Positions 30,043-32,000 of a DNA stretch of 32,000 nt are shown here, one piece after another (the stretch's first letter is position 1; every line of letters starts with the position of its first letter). The notes beneath the pieces were generated by a model. It saw only the letters and a program-made list of their open reading frames with translations. It made no database searches and was not told where the DNA came from. The DNA lies in NCBI RefSeq assembly GCF_000010065.1, contig NC_006576.1:390001-422000 (forward strand). The letters run 5' to 3'. The stretch comes from Synechococcus elongatus PCC 6301. Its GTDB lineage: Bacteria; Cyanobacteriota; Cyanobacteriia; Synechococcales; Synechococcaceae. Position numbers and translations under genes: made by a program.

Positions 30043-31368
30043 TTACAATTGCTGCGGTGGACTGAAGACCAGTTGCAATTGCAACGACCACTCGCGTCGC
30101 GATCGCCGTTGGAGTTGAATCTCGCGGATAAATTCCCGAAAGAAAAAGCGCCGCTCCACTTCCGAAAGATCCTGCCAGAACTGGGGAATAGCAACGGCTT
30201 GCACCAATTCCGGCAGATTGACGGGCGAGAGTTGGGCTTGGCGATCGCGAAGTTGCACCAGTTCCGTTTGAAGCTGAAGCCGTCGGATAGCAGCTGTCTC
30301 CGCGTCGAGGATGCCCCGCGCTTCTAAATCTGGCAGTTCAACGCTCAGAATCTGCTGCAGTTCCGCTTGGCGACTAGCGATCGCAGACTTAGCCGGATTT
30401 TGCTCTGGTTGACCCAGTGCTGAAACCGCGATCGGGAGTTCCTGGCAAATGGTTTGAATCACCGTTTGCAGGCACATATCGTAGGCGATCGCGCTGCAAC
30501 GCGGGCTTTGTTGACAGGCAGCAGGCGATCGCAGATAAAGGTATTCACGGTCGCTGCGGTGGGGTTTGGTGCTGCCAACAATTAGATGCGCCTGACAGGT
30601 TTGGCATTGCACCAGTCCGGCCAAGCAACGGGGTGCACTGGCAGTTTTGGGGGGGAGGCGTCGATTGCGCCGCAAAATGCGATCGATCTGCGCGGCTTCT
30701 TCTCGCGATACCAAGGCGGGATGGGTGTCGGCCACGATCGCTCCACTGCCGTAGACCAAATCGCCGCGATAGGCCGGATGACTCAGCCAGCGGCGCACGG
30801 TCATGACTGCGATCGCCCGCTGATGTTTTTGCGAGACATAGCGGGCAGCCCCTCGCAGGGAGCCATAAATCAGGAAATGCGCGACCCCATCTCGCACCAG
30901 TGCAGCTGCAGCCCGATCGATCGCATAGCGATCTTTGCCGCGACGGTAGCCAAAGGGCGCAGGGCCGGGAGGTGGCAAGGCTTGCAATCGATTTCGGGCA
31001 TGACCAGCTTTTAACCGATCGCGTTGCTGCGATCGCTGTACTTCGGCCCAAAGTGGCAGTAAATCCAGTCCAGCAGCGGAATCGAGGGGGAGAGGTTCGT
31101 CTAAACCTACGATTTGCACTTGCACGGACTGTTGCTGACAGTGCTTCAGAACGGGCAACAAGGCATCAAGGCGATCGCCCAGATCGTGGAGTTGCCGAAG
31201 CCAAAGGCGATCGCCCGGCTGCAATTCCGTCAATAGCTGCTGTAACTGAGGGCGATCGGGGGCGGGCAATCGGTCACAAAAAACCCGATCGGGGGACTCT
31301 GGCCAAGTCTCGAGGGCAACCAGCGTTTCCCAAGTCGGATTCAAAGCGTAGTAGGCGACGATCGCCAC
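30043..31368 (-). CDS. Large serine recombinase family homologue with substituted catalytic residues (predicted inactive)
   Basis: 441-aa ORF with a GTG start. An in-frame TGA 4 codons upstream (31378-31380) excludes a longer N-terminus. It has a resolvase-like N-domain, a recombinase domain (PAPFGYRRGKDRYAIDRAAA..), a Cys-rich zinc-ribbon-like segment (CLAGLVQCQTC...C..C) and a C-terminal coiled-coil-like region. Confidence 0.75.
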   Translation of the reverse strand: MAIVAYYALNPTWETLVALETWPESPDRVFCDRLPAPDRPQLQQLLTELQPGDRLWLRQLHDLGDRLDALLPVLKHCQQQSVQVQIVGLDEPLPLDSAAGLDLLPLWAEVQRSQQRDRLKAGHARNRLQALPPPGPAPFGYRRGKDRYAIDRAAAALVRDGVAHFLIYGSLRGAARYVSQKHQRAIAVMTVRRWLSHPAYRGDLVYGSGAIVADTHPALVSREEAAQIDRILRRNRRLPPKTASAPRCLAGLVQCQTCQAHLIVGSTKPHRSDREYLYLRSPAACQQSPRCSAIAYDMCLQTVIQTICQELPIAVSALGQPEQNPAKSAIASRQAELQQILSVELPDLEARGILDAETAAIRRLQLQTELVQLRDRQAQLSPVNLPELVQAVAIPQFWQDLSEVERRFFFREFIREIQLQRRSRREWSLQLQLVFSPPQQL

Positions 31369-31541
31369 GACCGTCCGTCAGTAGGCTACTTTTTCAGCCA
31401 GCTAAGCATAGCCCGCGGTTTTTTGCCCACCGACCCGATCGGATGCTCAGCTTCTAGGTAGCGAATGACGGTCATTTCAAGCCAAGGCGGATCCGAGCAG
31501 CCAACTAAACTCTGATTTAGTTAGAGACTCAACTGACATCG

Positions 31542-31797
31542 ATCGCCATCAACCGGATCGCACCCTTGAGGATCACTGCGATCGCAGCACTGCCACACTT
31601 CTTGTCACTATCAGCGGTAGAAGCAGGGGAAACACTCTAAGAAACCTATCGACAATTGTGGTCACAATTAGGCGTGCAATTGGATGGCGATCGCCCGCCC
31701 GCTCACAACTTGTTATTAACGCGGCAGTGGTTATTTATTGTTCCGCTTAGTCGTGAAAGCCACCTGCCGATTAACGTCAATGCCTTGGGTTTCGCGG
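31542..31797 (+). pseudogene. Fragment of an ATP adenylyltransferase / Ap4A phosphorylase-like gene (C-terminal domain only, in-frame stop, truncated at both ends)
   Basis: HNLLLTRQWLFIVPLSRESHLPINVNALGFA matches the conserved YNLL(L/M)T..W...VPRS....N..G(F/Y)(A/C)G block. There is an in-frame TAA at 31638-31640. No N-terminal HIT-like half lies upstream, and homology ends at about 31797. Confidence 0.55.
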
Positions 31798-31839
31798 ATC
31801 GCACCCGAAAGGCCAGGGGTTCGAATCCCCTTAGCTCCA
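31795..31839 (+). other. 3' portion (positions about 29-73) of a tRNA-Ala(CGC) gene; no 5' half is present
   Basis: Canonical register throughout: anticodon loop aT-CGC-ac, 3' anticodon-stem strand CCGAA, variable loop AGGCC, T arm AGGGG-TTCGAAT-CCCCT, acceptor 3' strand TAGCTCC (U70 Ala identity position) and discriminator A. No D arm or GGGGCTA 5' strand lies upstream. Confidence 0.7.
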
Positions 31840-32000
31840 TCTTTCAGGAATTGAATGACTGCGAATTGCAGGCTGATCGCAGTAGCGCTAAAGGGTGTTC
31901 AACAGCTCACAGATTAAGTTACCAAGAACTGTTATTGGTTGGGATGCTGTTAGGTTGCTGACGCTATTTCATTTTACTTGCAGAGGGAAAAACTCTTCCA

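Noticed and set aside
30007-31457. Several 100-185-aa plus-strand ORFs antisense to the recombinase homologue
   Set aside because: These are Arg/Gly/Ala-rich shadow ORFs typical of the antisense strand of GC-rich genes. They mutually overlap and have no recognisable domains.
31656-31961. 101-aa ORF taken as a real gene
   Set aside because: It is a chimera. It reads from the Ap4A-phosphorylase-like fragment straight through the tRNA-Ala fragment into unrelated low-GC sequence. The upstream homologous part is cut off by an in-frame TAA. It is better treated as a pseudogene plus read-through.

Overview
The window reads as cyanobacterial chromosomal DNA. It is saturated with the HIP1 octamer GCGATCGC, by eye one every few hundred bp. 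Gene content and order (lpdA-trpC-sipA, ndhC-K-J facing away from rubA-ycf48-psbE-F-L-J, then lnt, ispF, larB) fit a Synechococcus elongatus-type genome. That assignment comes from recall and motif recognition, not from a search.

About 40 tightly packed genes are mostly housekeeping, and several overlap at their start and stop codons. I found no rRNA genes, CRISPR arrays, intact tRNAs or obvious transposases.

The most unusual region is the right end, about 30.0-32.0 kb. It holds an uninterrupted, HIP1-rich large serine recombinase homologue in which the nucleophile Ser and all three catalytic Arg positions are substituted. Next to it is a fossil integration-like junction made of four parts:
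- a doubly truncated Ap4A-phosphorylase-like pseudogene with an in-frame stop;
- an exact 12-bp direct repeat flanking that pseudogene;
- the 3' part (positions about 29-73) of a tRNA-Ala(CGC), whose anticodon stem-loop is that same 12-mer;
- a drop to lower-GC, HIP1-free DNA running to the window edge.

Other points worth a second look:
- an apparent 1-nt deletion that frameshifts the conserved C-terminus of psbL;
- a structured GC-rich repeat of about 70-130 nt present twice;
- a co-directional pterin-themed gene string (tandem PTPS, small ORF, RibD_C reductase, DUF482 GNAT, DUF4346);
- an overlapping ispF / family-5 binding protein / larB / CpcS-like operon.

All protein family calls come from reading the translations. 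None is database-verified.
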